This document shows, piece by piece, positions 41,520 to 51,783 of a DNA stretch of 64,000 nt. Position 1 is the stretch's first letter; each line of letters starts with the position of its first letter. The stretch is from assembly GCA_965222115.1 (NCBI GenBank), contig CBDCTJ010000007.1:1344001-1408000 (forward strand), written 5' to 3'. This DNA is from Planctomycetota bacterium. GTDB lineage: Bacteria > Planctomycetota > PLA2 > JAEUHO01. Made by a program: the position numbers and the translations under genes. The notes beneath the pieces were generated by a model that did no database searches, had not been told where the DNA came from, and saw only the letters and a list, made by a program, of their open reading frames with translations.

Positions 41520-42608
41520 ATGCGCGAATCTCTTGCTGATGATATCAGCGAAGTGCGCGAATCTTCTCGCGAAAGCGCGATTGAATCTACAGTCGACTCA
41601 AAATCAAACGATACTGACGTCGACATCTTGGATCGTCCGCAGCAGCGAGATCGGTTCGAACTTTCGAACTACGAGGATGTTGATGAGTCGCCGTACTCTG
41701 GCAGCTCCATGCAACGATCCGGGGATCATTCGTCTAGATCTCAATGGTCCCCTAAAGATCTTAAAGAGGTCGATATTCTCGAGCATCAACAACTATCTAC
41801 CCAAAGGCTGTTGAGATATGGACGTTCCTCAGACGAGAACAGAGAGCGCATGTTGACTGACCTATGCCGCGCGGAGATGGGCAGTCGAACTTCCTATTCT
41901 TTGGGGCGTACTGCCCGATCTAGAGTGAAAGAAGAGTTCGATAGTTTCCGGGTTTCGAGCCGAACGCGCAGCAATAGCAACGCTGTGTGCGATGTGGTGG
42001 CAATTGCAGGCAGCGCACGCTTTTATGCTCGTGTAGAGAGTTCGCGTCTAAATGACGGGACCCGAGCAGAACTCGGGTGCTTCGCCGTTGAAGATTTCGG
42101 AAATCGGACTCCTGAAGTCAGCCCGAGGGATAAGTTCTCAGGAGGAATTGGATGCAATGCCCCGACGAATGACAAGCATTCAAGCAGGTTGGTGCCCTCG
42201 GCCTCCACGACTATCCGAAGCACGCCAATGTCGCATGGCAAAAAAATCGCAGCGGCCGGAGCGAAGGCCACCACTAAGGAGATATCTGCTCTTACGCTCG
42301 ATGAGTTAGTATCCAGGACTCCTAAGAGCGCTCGTAGCTTTCGGCGTATCGGCGGTCCGATCAACACCGTACTTGACTCGCATGAGATAGTATCTGATGT
42401 CGTTGACGCAGTAAATCTATGGGAGACTGATCACCGTCAAGCCGAGCGTAAGCTGGGTCGCGCAGCCTATAGAACGACTGCTCTGTCAATAACACTTGGG
42501 CTTGGATGGGCGCTCTCTGGAGTTAGTTTCGGAGCGTCACTCTTAGTTGCGGGTGGGGTAGCGGCACTTCTTGGAGTAGGTGAGGAAGCCGTTTTTGGTA
42601 GCGATTGA
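41520..42608 (+). CDS. Hypothetical protein with Gly-rich hydrophobic C-terminal hairpin
   Basis: GGAGG RBS; hydrophilic N-terminus and C-terminal LGLGWALSGVSFGASLLVAGGVAALLG. Confidence 0.55.
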   Translation: MRESLADDISEVRESSRESAIESTVDSKSNDTDVDILDRPQQRDRFELSNYEDVDESPYSGSSMQRSGDHSSRSQWSPKDLKEVDILEHQQLSTQRLLRYGRSSDENRERMLTDLCRAEMGSRTSYSLGRTARSRVKEEFDSFRVSSRTRSNSNAVCDVVAIAGSARFYARVESSRLNDGTRAELGCFAVEDFGNRTPEVSPRDKFSGGIGCNAPTNDKHSSRLVPSASTTIRSTPMSHGKKIAAAGAKATTKEISALTLDELVSRTPKSARSFRRIGGPINTVLDSHEIVSDVVDAVNLWETDHRQAERKLGRAAYRTTALSITLGLGWALSGVSFGASLLVAGGVAALLGVGEEAVFGSD

Positions 42609-42757
42609 TGCATGATCCAGGCCTTCCAGCGTTCCTAGGTCAACTCCAATTGATCGAATTTCTATCCGTACGATCTGATCTGCGCTTGAGCTACGCTTGC
42701 AATCTTAATATGCTCATCTAGAAATAAATCTCTAAGAGGTCTAATCGGGAGCGGAAT

Positions 42758-44059
42758 ATGACCAGAAAGTCGGTAGGTATCGTCCGAGAGCTTAGAGTTG
42801 ATCCGTGGCGATCATCAGACGTTGCGTTCATTCGCTCCGGTCTCTTGGCATCAGCTTCAAAACAATTGGGAGATGACGTTCCTGCTGTAGTGCCGTGGGT
42901 TATGCCCGATACGTGGAGACACGACGATGGATTAGATTCTTCCAAGATTGCTTCCGTTTTGGGATCCATGGCGCTAGCTCAGTTAGTGAACCATCGTGAA
43001 TCTGCAGCTGTAGATCGAGCCCGAGCGGCGTGCTACTCACATTGGCTACGGATGGGCAGTATCGCAGGGCAGATACAGAACGCCGAGATTGAAGCATATG
43101 TGTCCGAAAAGTCTTTAGAGCCACTCGTAGAGAACAGGACCAAGAAACGCACACGAGCATCGTGGATATCTCGGTTGGCTGAGTACGCAATAGAACGCGC
43201 TAGGTGGGTTGTGAAAGCGAATGAAGACAGAGCTCGCGCGGACCACGCACTGCACGGTAAGAACAAGCCAGCCAAGCACGGCTACCTGAACGTTCAGGGC
43301 GTGCATGGGTATAGTCACGGCCAGTCATCGGGACTTGGGGAAGTATTCGCGGCAGTAAAGTCAACCGTGAGTGAGTCTCAGGACAAAACGCGAAATGGCG
43401 AGGTAGTTACTACTCATCCAGTGCGATGGGAGACTCCGGGCGGATGGAAAGATTGCGATGGTCGACGGCCACGATCCGAAAGCTCTGATCGACGATCTGT
43501 GCTGCCGACTTATCCCAAACTTGACGCTTCAATTGACGGTCTGGAGACGGCCCTGCGCGCTGCGCTGGAAGCGAAGGAGGCTACCATTGCCGCCGCCCGA
43601 GCGCCCAATACTCAGGCATTGATTGACAACGCGGAACGGATTCTGAGCCTGGAGCTGAAGGGTCATATAGCGACACTGATGGATTGTTTCGCGTTTCCTC
43701 CATTCCGAGGACGAGTGACAGCCGTATACAAGGAAGTCGGGGAGTTTGTGCGCGCTGGTGAGCCTGTTTACAGAATTGACTCTGTTGAGCATCCGTCAGA
43801 TGATCGTAAAGAAAAGTTCTTCGCCGTAGGTTCGATTGTCCAACGAAACATGATCCAAGTCGGTCGTGCGTTTAACCTTCACGTAAAGGACTTATACGGG
43901 ACCGACACCTGGGAGTTCCCAGGCGTAGTCCGTGGGATTCGCGGCGCTTCTGCTGAAGATGACATTTGGGACGTCGTGCTTGAATTGGAGGCGCCTAAGG
44001 GAAAGATGTCTGCGGGAACGGTGCTCGTAGGTCCTGATGCGCACATAAAATTCGCGTAG
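42758..44059 (+). CDS. HlyD/membrane-fusion-protein-like adaptor
   Basis: Coiled-coil-like middle, 'PF.G.V..V....GE.V..GEPV.RI' lipoyl half-motif and a beta-barrel C-terminus; no signal peptide evident. Confidence 0.65.
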   Translation: MTRKSVGIVRELRVDPWRSSDVAFIRSGLLASASKQLGDDVPAVVPWVMPDTWRHDDGLDSSKIASVLGSMALAQLVNHRESAAVDRARAACYSHWLRMGSIAGQIQNAEIEAYVSEKSLEPLVENRTKKRTRASWISRLAEYAIERARWVVKANEDRARADHALHGKNKPAKHGYLNVQGVHGYSHGQSSGLGEVFAAVKSTVSESQDKTRNGEVVTTHPVRWETPGGWKDCDGRRPRSESSDRRSVLPTYPKLDASIDGLETALRAALEAKEATIAAARAPNTQALIDNAERILSLELKGHIATLMDCFAFPPFRGRVTAVYKEVGEFVRAGEPVYRIDSVEHPSDDRKEKFFAVGSIVQRNMIQVGRAFNLHVKDLYGTDTWEFPGVVRGIRGASAEDDIWDVVLELEAPKGKMSAGTVLVGPDAHIKFA

Positions 44060-44230
44060 CGCACTGATCCGCGGAATTCGGATATGCCCATGAGACCCAA
44101 GTCGATAGGTTGAGACTCCGGCATGACCACCTGAAGTACTTGGCAGCGAACAAGCTTAGACGTATACCTGAGTCGGCCGTTGGTTAGTGCCGCTGCCATT
44201 CTTTCTAAAACCATTGGCGAGCCCCATCTG

Positions 44231-44924
44231 ATGAGAACGAGACTGATCTTCTGCTGGACCGTGATTGCCACGATCGTATTGATTGGTGTGGGAATGATTA
44301 TCTATGGTTGTCAATATGCTAAGAGCGAAGTCAGTCAAGTACGCCAAGAGGTGTTTAAGGCTGGTCTCCAGTTGATAACCGTCTTTTGTCTAGGCGGTGG
44401 TGCTGCGGCCGCATTCCCGGCTTATCGAATCGAATCGCTCCGAGAGGAATCGGATTGCTGTGCGCCGACTGGGGGCGCATCAATCCATAGTAAATTCTTA
44501 TAACCGATTGAAATCGGTGCGACGCACGCTACGGGCATGCGGTTTGGTAGGCATCGCGGCGGGCCCGACAACGCTTGGTGCGTCACAGGCATTAAGAATC
44601 ATTCAACAGATGAGTGAACTTAATGACGTACAACTAGACCTAGAGGAGTCGGTCCAGAGCATAAACGCACAGAGTAAGTTGTTTCCTGACTGCGGAAGAC
44701 TGCTAAGAGAGTTGATCGAGATGGAAGGCTACGTAAATGACTCGCTAGAAGAGTGGGAAGCTCACGGATCAAGCGCAATGGCGGACAAGCCGAGTTTTCC
44801 TACGGAGAAAATGCCGAAATTGCTAGCGTTTCTTGGTTCATGCGATGAGGGTTTTAGAGAGGGTGCATCAGTTCCGATGCAGCGAATATCGGCCTATTTT
44901 CGCGAAGTCATCGGGACTACATGA
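44231..44924 (+). pseudogene. Frameshifted two-TM hypothetical protein
   Basis: A TM-bearing 5' ORF and a helical 3' ORF join if one C is removed from GCATTCCCGG (44411-44420). Confidence 0.6.
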
Positions 44925-45409
44925 GAATGTGCCCATTACCCTGACAAGAGTAAGACTAGAGCTACGTCCTGCTGGTACATGCGAGTAGCCAGATGTGCCT
45001 TTGTCGGGCGGTAACTCGCTCCGAGTAAGTGCCTCTTGGCGCTTCGTCCTCTAAGAAACCCCGCGAGACGGGTCGTCTCTAAGTCAGCTCTCGCTTGAAT
45101 TTCGAGCCGTTGGACACAACGCGTATTAATTCGCACATGCTGCAACCGCGGGAGGCTCTCCCTGGGAGCCGTGGCTCGCTGTAGCGCTCCTCCTGTTGGA
45201 TCTTGGCGAAAAGGTCTCAGGTCCTATTGAACTGGCAGAGTCGGTGTAGCCCTCAACGACTTCTTGTCCAGTCGGCACTAGAAAATGGGTATTGAAGGCC
45301 TGCCTCTCCAAACGAGCAAGTAGTTCTGATCCTAAAGTGCTTGTGAATTCGCCTCTTCATGAACGCGGCCCTCCCTGAGTATTCGCTACAGGCCTTTGGT
45401 CAACGGCCT

Positions 45410-47275
45410 CTAACTCCGCTTCGGCACCAACGTAACAAAGTGGGCGACAGCGCCTGGGCGCACACCTTCAATCGTCTGCGAACGATAGCCCTCTTTGCTG
45501 AGGCGGATCGTCATGGGCCTGTCGGCGAGGTCGCGGGAGACGAACCAGCCCATGGTGTCGGTGGAGCTGCGGGGTTCGTCGCCGAAGAGGGAGTCGCCGG
45601 TGCTTGCGGGCTTGAGGAGTACGGGGCGACCGCCTTCGGAACGTGAGACGTCGATGTTTACGCCAGCAAGCGGAACGCCGTAAGGATCGTTCACGGCCAC
45701 GTGCAAGGGATAGCCGCGCAACAACGTGACGGACATTGGCGTCTTCGAGGATCGATCGGCGGCTTCGAGGGCCATGGCGTAACCGGGAGCGCGAATTTCA
45801 ACTTCGGCAGGGCCGGTTGGGAGCGACGTCCATGATGCTTGACCGCGATCGTTGGTGAGTGAACGGACGGTAATGCGTTCACCTCGATGGGAGATGTGGA
45901 CGGTGACATGTGCGCGCGCAACGGGCTGGCCCATGCGAGAGGCGACGTGTACGGCGAAGGGCTTGTCTCGCTTGAGTGTTATGCGCTGCGCGTCTTCAAA
46001 CGAGTCGACATTCACACGCATGGGTGAGTGGTCGCCGGATTGAACGAACACGGAATTGCGACCATTGCCCGAGATCGGCACGACCGCTTCGCCCTTGGCA
46101 TTGCTCTTCGCAGTGTTTCGCAACGGCCTAAGGCCAGCTTCTGCCGCTTGGCTGTGAATGTTCACCGTGACTGTGGCGCCGGCAATCGGTTTCCCATCTG
46201 CGTCTGAGACAACGACATGCGCGTCTCGTGGTTTGGGGACCACGACCTTGGCAGGCAACGTCTCGATAGACTGCTCAAACGTATAGGACGAGCCATCTTT
46301 GCGAGTCATCCGCGCGCGAAGCATGGTGTTGACGTTGCCGCTTGGGAGGTCACCAAGAACGCGATCTACTTTGTCGCCCGACCCGCGCACAACCACGCGC
46401 CATGGTCCCTTCCGTTCTTGGGTGGCGATTTCCCAGGTGAGCGTTCCCGTATCAGCGCTCGTGTCAAAGATGACGGGTGCCACGTCGGACCGTGGCAGTC
46501 GTACGACAAGTGTTTCGGGAACGCGCAGCGTCATCATGCGCGTAATGACGCGCGCGGCATCGGCGGCGGCTTCCGTAGGTGGTCCAACTCGTATACGAAC
46601 CAAGTCGTTTCGGGCCGGAACCACCAATGTGCCGTCCTCACCCGTCTTTCCCGCGAGTTTGAATGTACGATTCGCAGTGAGCGCAGCGTCAATCGCAATC
46701 GGCACGCCGGCAATTGTGTCGCCCGATGCGGCATCGACAACGCGTACGGTGCGGGCCTGTGGACGACGGGTCATTCCCGCCGGTGTTGGAGGTAAGCGAA
46801 ACGACAAACGATGCACAGGAATCTGACCGACCTGTCCGTGGCGTAGAAACTGTCCCTTCTTACGAATGCCCAGTCCGCCAATCAGTGACTTCAATCGCGC
46901 GCGGCCCTTTGTGTCGGGCGTGTGCGAAGGCGTGCTATGACTGCCGGGGCTCACCTGCCAGTCCGTACCCATGTCGCCCTTTGCTGTAAGCACTTCTACT
47001 TCTACACCTTCAGGTGGCGGCATGGTGGACGGGGGATCCTTGGGTGTGTCGGCCTCGGTGGGATCACGTTCCGGCGGCGTGTTGCGCTCGGGCGCATCGG
47101 TATGGGGGGTGTTGGTTTGCTCCTGCTTGGTTTTCAGGAACCCACTGCCGCCGCCCCCGGACCACACGCCGGGCAACCACTGGTTGAGCTGAAGGAGAAA
47201 GAACAACAGCACCAATGCCATGAGGAAGAACAGCGTGCGGCGTACACGCATCCGCGGACGTTTCGTATTACCCAT
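45410..47275 (-). CDS. Membrane-anchored carboxypeptidase regulatory-like repeat protein
   Basis: N-terminal TM helix and repeated 'V.D..G.PI.GA.V...T...G' units. Confidence 0.75.
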   Translation of the reverse strand: MGNTKRPRMRVRRTLFFLMALVLLFFLLQLNQWLPGVWSGGGGSGFLKTKQEQTNTPHTDAPERNTPPERDPTEADTPKDPPSTMPPPEGVEVEVLTAKGDMGTDWQVSPGSHSTPSHTPDTKGRARLKSLIGGLGIRKKGQFLRHGQVGQIPVHRLSFRLPPTPAGMTRRPQARTVRVVDAASGDTIAGVPIAIDAALTANRTFKLAGKTGEDGTLVVPARNDLVRIRVGPPTEAAADAARVITRMMTLRVPETLVVRLPRSDVAPVIFDTSADTGTLTWEIATQERKGPWRVVVRGSGDKVDRVLGDLPSGNVNTMLRARMTRKDGSSYTFEQSIETLPAKVVVPKPRDAHVVVSDADGKPIAGATVTVNIHSQAAEAGLRPLRNTAKSNAKGEAVVPISGNGRNSVFVQSGDHSPMRVNVDSFEDAQRITLKRDKPFAVHVASRMGQPVARAHVTVHISHRGERITVRSLTNDRGQASWTSLPTGPAEVEIRAPGYAMALEAADRSSKTPMSVTLLRGYPLHVAVNDPYGVPLAGVNIDVSRSEGGRPVLLKPASTGDSLFGDEPRSSTDTMGWFVSRDLADRPMTIRLSKEGYRSQTIEGVRPGAVAHFVTLVPKRS

Positions 47276-47384
47276 TTCCCCAAGGTAGCAGGTGTCAAGC
47301 TGCCGCGGCTCTCAGTACGCGGACTCGCCGCAACTGACAGGCGAAGTCGACGATCTCTGCGCGGGCGAGCGGTCCGAGGGCTTG

Positions 47385-49055
47385 TTACGCACCTGCCATG
47401 AAGAGGTTTGCCCAGCGTGTGTCGGCGAATTCTTCGCGCGAGGTGCGCAGGACGGCGCGATACACCGGGCTGCCGGAGTTGAGGAACGAGAGTTCCTGAA
47501 TCATCTCAATGGCGTGGAGTCCGCGAGTGGCCTCGATGGCTTGCGGCTGGCCACGCATGGCCTTGCGAACCTCGGCGAGCTTACTGCGTGCGTCTTCAAG
47601 TCGGCCCCGGCGCATCAGGGTGTAGGCGCCGCGAAGTCCGTCTTCCGCCCAGTTGTGGGCGCGACGGGCAACCGACTGCACGCGCACATTACCTGGTTGC
47701 TCGCGACCAATGGAGGCCACTTCCCCCCAGTCGCCGCGACGCGCGGCTTGCTTTGCACGTGCATGGGGCGTGGTACCGCGAGCAGTTGCAACGACCGACG
47801 TGCGAGAACGCTTATCGCGCGCACCGACAGTTGGGCGCGCCGCGCGATTTGCGCGGACAAACACGGGCGTGGGAATGGCCGAGTCGTTCAACTGGCCATC
47901 GGGATCGCCTCGAAGCGACGAACGCAAGGGCCGATTCGTCGAAGCCATAGAACCGTTGGGCAGGAATGACTCAACACGACGAACGGTGGGCGGCGGCAAT
48001 GTGCCGGCGCGCCTCACGCGGTCGACCGAGCGCGACGCGACGCGTCGGTTTGAGGAGGTTCGACGAGCCTCTCTGCGGGGTACCGTTGGGAGTGTGCGAG
48101 CCACGCGGTTGCTTGTCCATCCTGCCGGCGGTGCAGCGTCGTCATTGGATGGCGGTGCAATAGACACAACCGCGCGCGGGCGATAGGGAACGGCCGTCTT
48201 CCCAAACCCATGGGATTCCGTTCGCGGCGCGACGGGGATCGTGCGACCGGAGAGCATATTGCTTGGCAGATCACTCAACGGCGCTGTGGCTGTATTGTCT
48301 CTAATCGACTGGTTGATGAGCGACTCGTTTGAATGCGTGGTGGACGCCCCCGAACCGGGGACTGCACAAGCGCCGCCTACTCAGCCAAATTCAATGGTGG
48401 ACGGCGCAACGAAATCGCGGCGCGACCGTCCCCAAGTTCCCACGGTAGGCATGCCCGCACTGGACGACCCCGAAAAGCGCTGTCGTTGGGTATTCGGCGT
48501 GTGCGCGCGCGACGTCTTAAGGTGTAATTGTTCAGCAGCGTTCAAGTGCCTACGGAATTGATCGAGCGATGTCTTTCCGCTCCAGCCCTGAATCCAACGA
48601 CCGTCGGCGGTAAGAAATGCGCACCACGGATAGAACTTTCGGTTGGAAAGATTCGCATCGAAGAGTGCGCGCAACGATTCATCCATGGACTTTGGATCGA
48701 CGGCCAAGCCAATCGACACCTGGGACACGCGATGTTTCACGCTCGGATGTGGCAATACCTTCTTGCAGAGCAACTTGCAGTACGTGCAGCGCTTGCTGCC
48801 GACTTCGACAAAGATCAGGCGATTGCTGCGCGTAGCTTGCGCAATAGCGGAAGCGAACTGTGTTTCCCAGTGGAGCGTGCCACCGTCATTGAAGTAGGGG
48901 TGACGTGCGGCTTCTGCGTTGTTGCCGAAGGTGCTCATTAGCGTCAATGTGCCCAAGAGCAGTGTCCACAGTCGAATGCTCCTTAGCGCATGACGCGTAG
49001 ACGCACGATGTTCTCGCGCCGCGTGTGGCCTATTGCTGTGTGATCGCTGGCCCAT
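47385..49055 (-). CDS. Putative exported thioredoxin-fold selenoprotein (in-frame UGA at codon 225)
   Basis: GGAGGG RBS, signal peptide and CTYC thioredoxin domain. A single in-frame TGA (48381-48383) lies in G-U-V-G-G-A-C-A-V-P, the frame stays open, and the C-terminal domain is shared with paralog 49402..51504. Confidence 0.7.
48346..48362 (-). promoter_or_regulatory. Candidate bacterial SECIS hairpin
   Basis: GUCCCC-GGUUC-GGGGGC stem-loop; the G-starting loop begins 24 nt after the UGA. Confidence 0.6.
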
Positions 49056-49401
49056 CAACCCTCCGATTCCCAGTCTCGCGCGCGCCCTGCGAGTTCGCTG
49101 GACACCTGCGCGAGACAACAAGTACGCGTGGCGGCGGTTCTTGCGTCCACCACGTCGTTGGACGACGACGAAGCGCACACCCTGACGGACATGGCCCGAG
49201 CTGGACCTTGCCCGACATCGGAGATCGCGCTTCGCCTCCTATTCGTCGCACTCGGACGGGATAAATCGGTTCTTGATAGTTCGTACGTAAAAAATCCTAA
49301 ATATGTACAATTCCGGTACATACGACCGCTATGGGCGACGGATCGAGCCCTCCAAAATCGAAGTGTGAAGGGCTTTGTCGGTTCCTTGATTTTCTACGCT
49401 G

Positions 49402-51504
49402 CTAGCGCTGGAAGAGCGAACTCCAGTAGGAGTTGCCCAGGTCGCGGCGGGCGCGGCTCAGGTAGAGACGCTGCTCACTCGTGGTGCGGGCGGCCTCGAT
49501 GCGCTCGGCGTTGTGGATCGCGATGGCGCCCTTTGCCGCCTCTCGCGCGGCAGCCGTGTGGGGCATGCGGCGGCGCACGCGCTGGAGGTCGTCCCTGGCC
49601 CGGTCGTAGCGACCCTTGCGAATGTCCTCGAGCGCGCCCTGCAACATTTCGTGTGCCCAGGCATCGGCGCGGGAGGACGTGCGTCGCACGGTACCCGGCT
49701 CCGCGTCGGGAGCAGGCGCGTTGGGAGGCAATACTTCCGGAGAGAGTTCCACGGGCGCTTCAACCGGGACGGCGTTGCCATAAGGATGTGTCACACCCGG
49801 CACCTCGGGAAGCGGTGGGGGCGCAATGCCCCCAGAGTATTGGTCGCCCGAATTCTGAGATGCGATCGGCGCCGGCGTTGTTGCGTGAGGCGTCTGGCCC
49901 TCTGATGTTGAATGGCTCTGTGAAGACGATGCAAACACACCGCGCGGCTCGACTTTACGTTCTGGTGTTGCCTCGGGTGCTCGAGCAACGTGACGCGGAT
50001 CTTGCCCCGGCCAAACGTCCTTCGGGTTGTTCCATTCGGTCTCACCGAACTCATTGACGACCGCCTCCGCACCTTCTCGGAACGCAGCTTCCGCTTCGGC
50101 GGCACGCGCGGCTGCATTGGATGCGACGGCTTCACGCTGTTCGCGTTCGGAATCCCTGCGTTCGGAATTAACGTCGGCATACGTTGCGGGGGGCGGAAGC
50201 ATGGGATCACCGGCGGTTGCGGTTGCCGTGTCACCCGGTTGCGCAGGTGTGCCGGCGTACGAACGCGTAGTGGGCACGCGCTGGATGTCACTGCGGAACT
50301 GATCCGGCGTGCGCTTGCCTGAGAAGCCGTGTACCCACTGCATGTCGGCGGTTAGGAAGCCAACAAGTGGCATGAACTTCGCCGTGGGCAAGTTGTCGCG
50401 AAGGATGTTGTCTACGGCGACAACTTCCGGCGAAAGAATCTCGTTGATGTAACCCACCGCAACGAAACGAAGTTCATTCTCGGTCTGTGGCACGGTGGTT
50501 TCTTTGAAGTAATCGCAAATCTTGCAATCGGGCTTGGTGGACAACACAAGAATGTGGCGCCCGCTTTGACGTGCGGCCGCTTGTGCTTCACTCCAACGGT
50601 AATACCAGCGGAATGGTTCGGGGGTGGGTTGCGCTTGGGGAGTAGGCGCTGGCGTATTTACAGCTACAGGTGGTGTGTAGGCTGGCGGTTGCGCTTGTGC
50701 AGAGAGAGTAGGCGGAGCAACAGGTGCAGCATTCGGTGTGGGTGTTGCTGTCATGGCAGGAGGTGCTGGGGGCATGGGCGCTACGGGATTTGGCGTTGCG
50801 GCACGTGGTGCCGGCGTTGTGTAACCCGGAGGCGGTTGCGCGGGGTACGTGTGGGGTGCAGCCGCTGAAGTAGGACCTGCTCCGTAATAGGGTGACGATG
50901 CAGATGGATACGTCGTTGTGGGTTGCGCAGGAGCGGGCGTGTACGAAGGTGCCGGAGCCGATGCCACGGGCGCCGGTGTTGTGCCTGCATACGTTGTTAC
51001 GGCACCTGCATGGGGCGTTGGCGTGGAAACCGTTGCGCCTTGGTACGTTCCGTTTGGATATACATAGGTAGGTGCGGATGCTTGCGGATAGGTGTACGTC
51101 GTATGCGGTGCAACGGTTCCTTGCGGATAGGCATAGGTGGTTACAGGACGTGCAGCGTGTGTGTAGGTTGCAGGTGGCGCCGCATACGTGGTGTGAGGAA
51201 CGGCTGCTTGGGGATACGTATACGTCGGATACGTATACGTGGGTGCTTGCACTTGTGCGGCATATCGTTGTGGCGTCTGAGGCGTTGCCTGCGCAACGGT
51301 TCGGCGTACGGCTTTGCGGCCCGCCTTGGCCGACGTCCCGGCGCTGGGTCCGTAGTTCGGGACAGCGACCGGATCGGGCTCGTCCTTGGACGAACTACAC
51401 GCTACCAACCCCAGTGAGAGCGTCGCAATGAGCGCGAGCATGCTGGGGGCCCTCTTGCAGGCGGAACTGCGCAGGGCAGCGGTCAAAACGCGAGACAGTC
51501 GCAT
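49402..51504 (-). CDS. Lipoprotein with Pro/Thr/Tyr-rich region, thioredoxin-like domain and helical C-terminal domain
   Basis: GGAGGA RBS, lipobox LVAC, TYTYP repeats, CKIC and 'P.VGFLT.D.QW..G.SG'. Confidence 0.8.
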   Translation of the reverse strand: MRLSRVLTAALRSSACKRAPSMLALIATLSLGLVACSSSKDEPDPVAVPNYGPSAGTSAKAGRKAVRRTVAQATPQTPQRYAAQVQAPTYTYPTYTYPQAAVPHTTYAAPPATYTHAARPVTTYAYPQGTVAPHTTYTYPQASAPTYVYPNGTYQGATVSTPTPHAGAVTTYAGTTPAPVASAPAPSYTPAPAQPTTTYPSASSPYYGAGPTSAAAPHTYPAQPPPGYTTPAPRAATPNPVAPMPPAPPAMTATPTPNAAPVAPPTLSAQAQPPAYTPPVAVNTPAPTPQAQPTPEPFRWYYRWSEAQAAARQSGRHILVLSTKPDCKICDYFKETTVPQTENELRFVAVGYINEILSPEVVAVDNILRDNLPTAKFMPLVGFLTADMQWVHGFSGKRTPDQFRSDIQRVPTTRSYAGTPAQPGDTATATAGDPMLPPPATYADVNSERRDSEREQREAVASNAAARAAEAEAAFREGAEAVVNEFGETEWNNPKDVWPGQDPRHVARAPEATPERKVEPRGVFASSSQSHSTSEGQTPHATTPAPIASQNSGDQYSGGIAPPPLPEVPGVTHPYGNAVPVEAPVELSPEVLPPNAPAPDAEPGTVRRTSSRADAWAHEMLQGALEDIRKGRYDRARDDLQRVRRRMPHTAAAREAAKGAIAIHNAERIEAARTTSEQRLYLSRARRDLGNSYWSSLFQR

Positions 51505-51628
51505 CGGAAATCCTCCCGGAGCTATTAGCGAACCTGTGTTAGGCGCCTACTCCCTTTGATCGCCGAGCGTAAGGCTCAACTTTCGCTTATCAAAGAGCCA
51601 CGTTTGCATGAAAGTGGTGCCATTTTTG

Positions 51629-51783
51629 TGCCATTTTGTCAGGTGCGATTCCGGCCATGTCGGAAGTTGTGACATCTTGTCACCAAATCTATCCCATTGC
51701 AGGCGATTTACCGATCATAAGTCGTTTATTCATAGACCTTTATGACTTACGTGCGTGTCGGATTTCTACGGCACAGCCTTGGC
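51629..51783 (+). promoter_or_regulatory. Putative sigma54-type promoter with upstream palindromes for the chaperone operon
   Basis: TGCCATTTTGTCA (51629) and TGACATCTTGTCA (51670); TAAGTCGT...ATGACTTA (51718-51749); GG-N10-GC (CGGCACAGCCTTGGCG) at 51770-51783. Confidence 0.55.

Larger units (their letters stand above)
37700..45400. mobile_element. Lower-GC accessory island (boundaries approximate)
   Basis: Visibly more AT-rich with different codon use; orphan ORFs, IS256 remnant, pseudogenes, and an imperfect inverted repeat near both ends. Confidence 0.7.
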
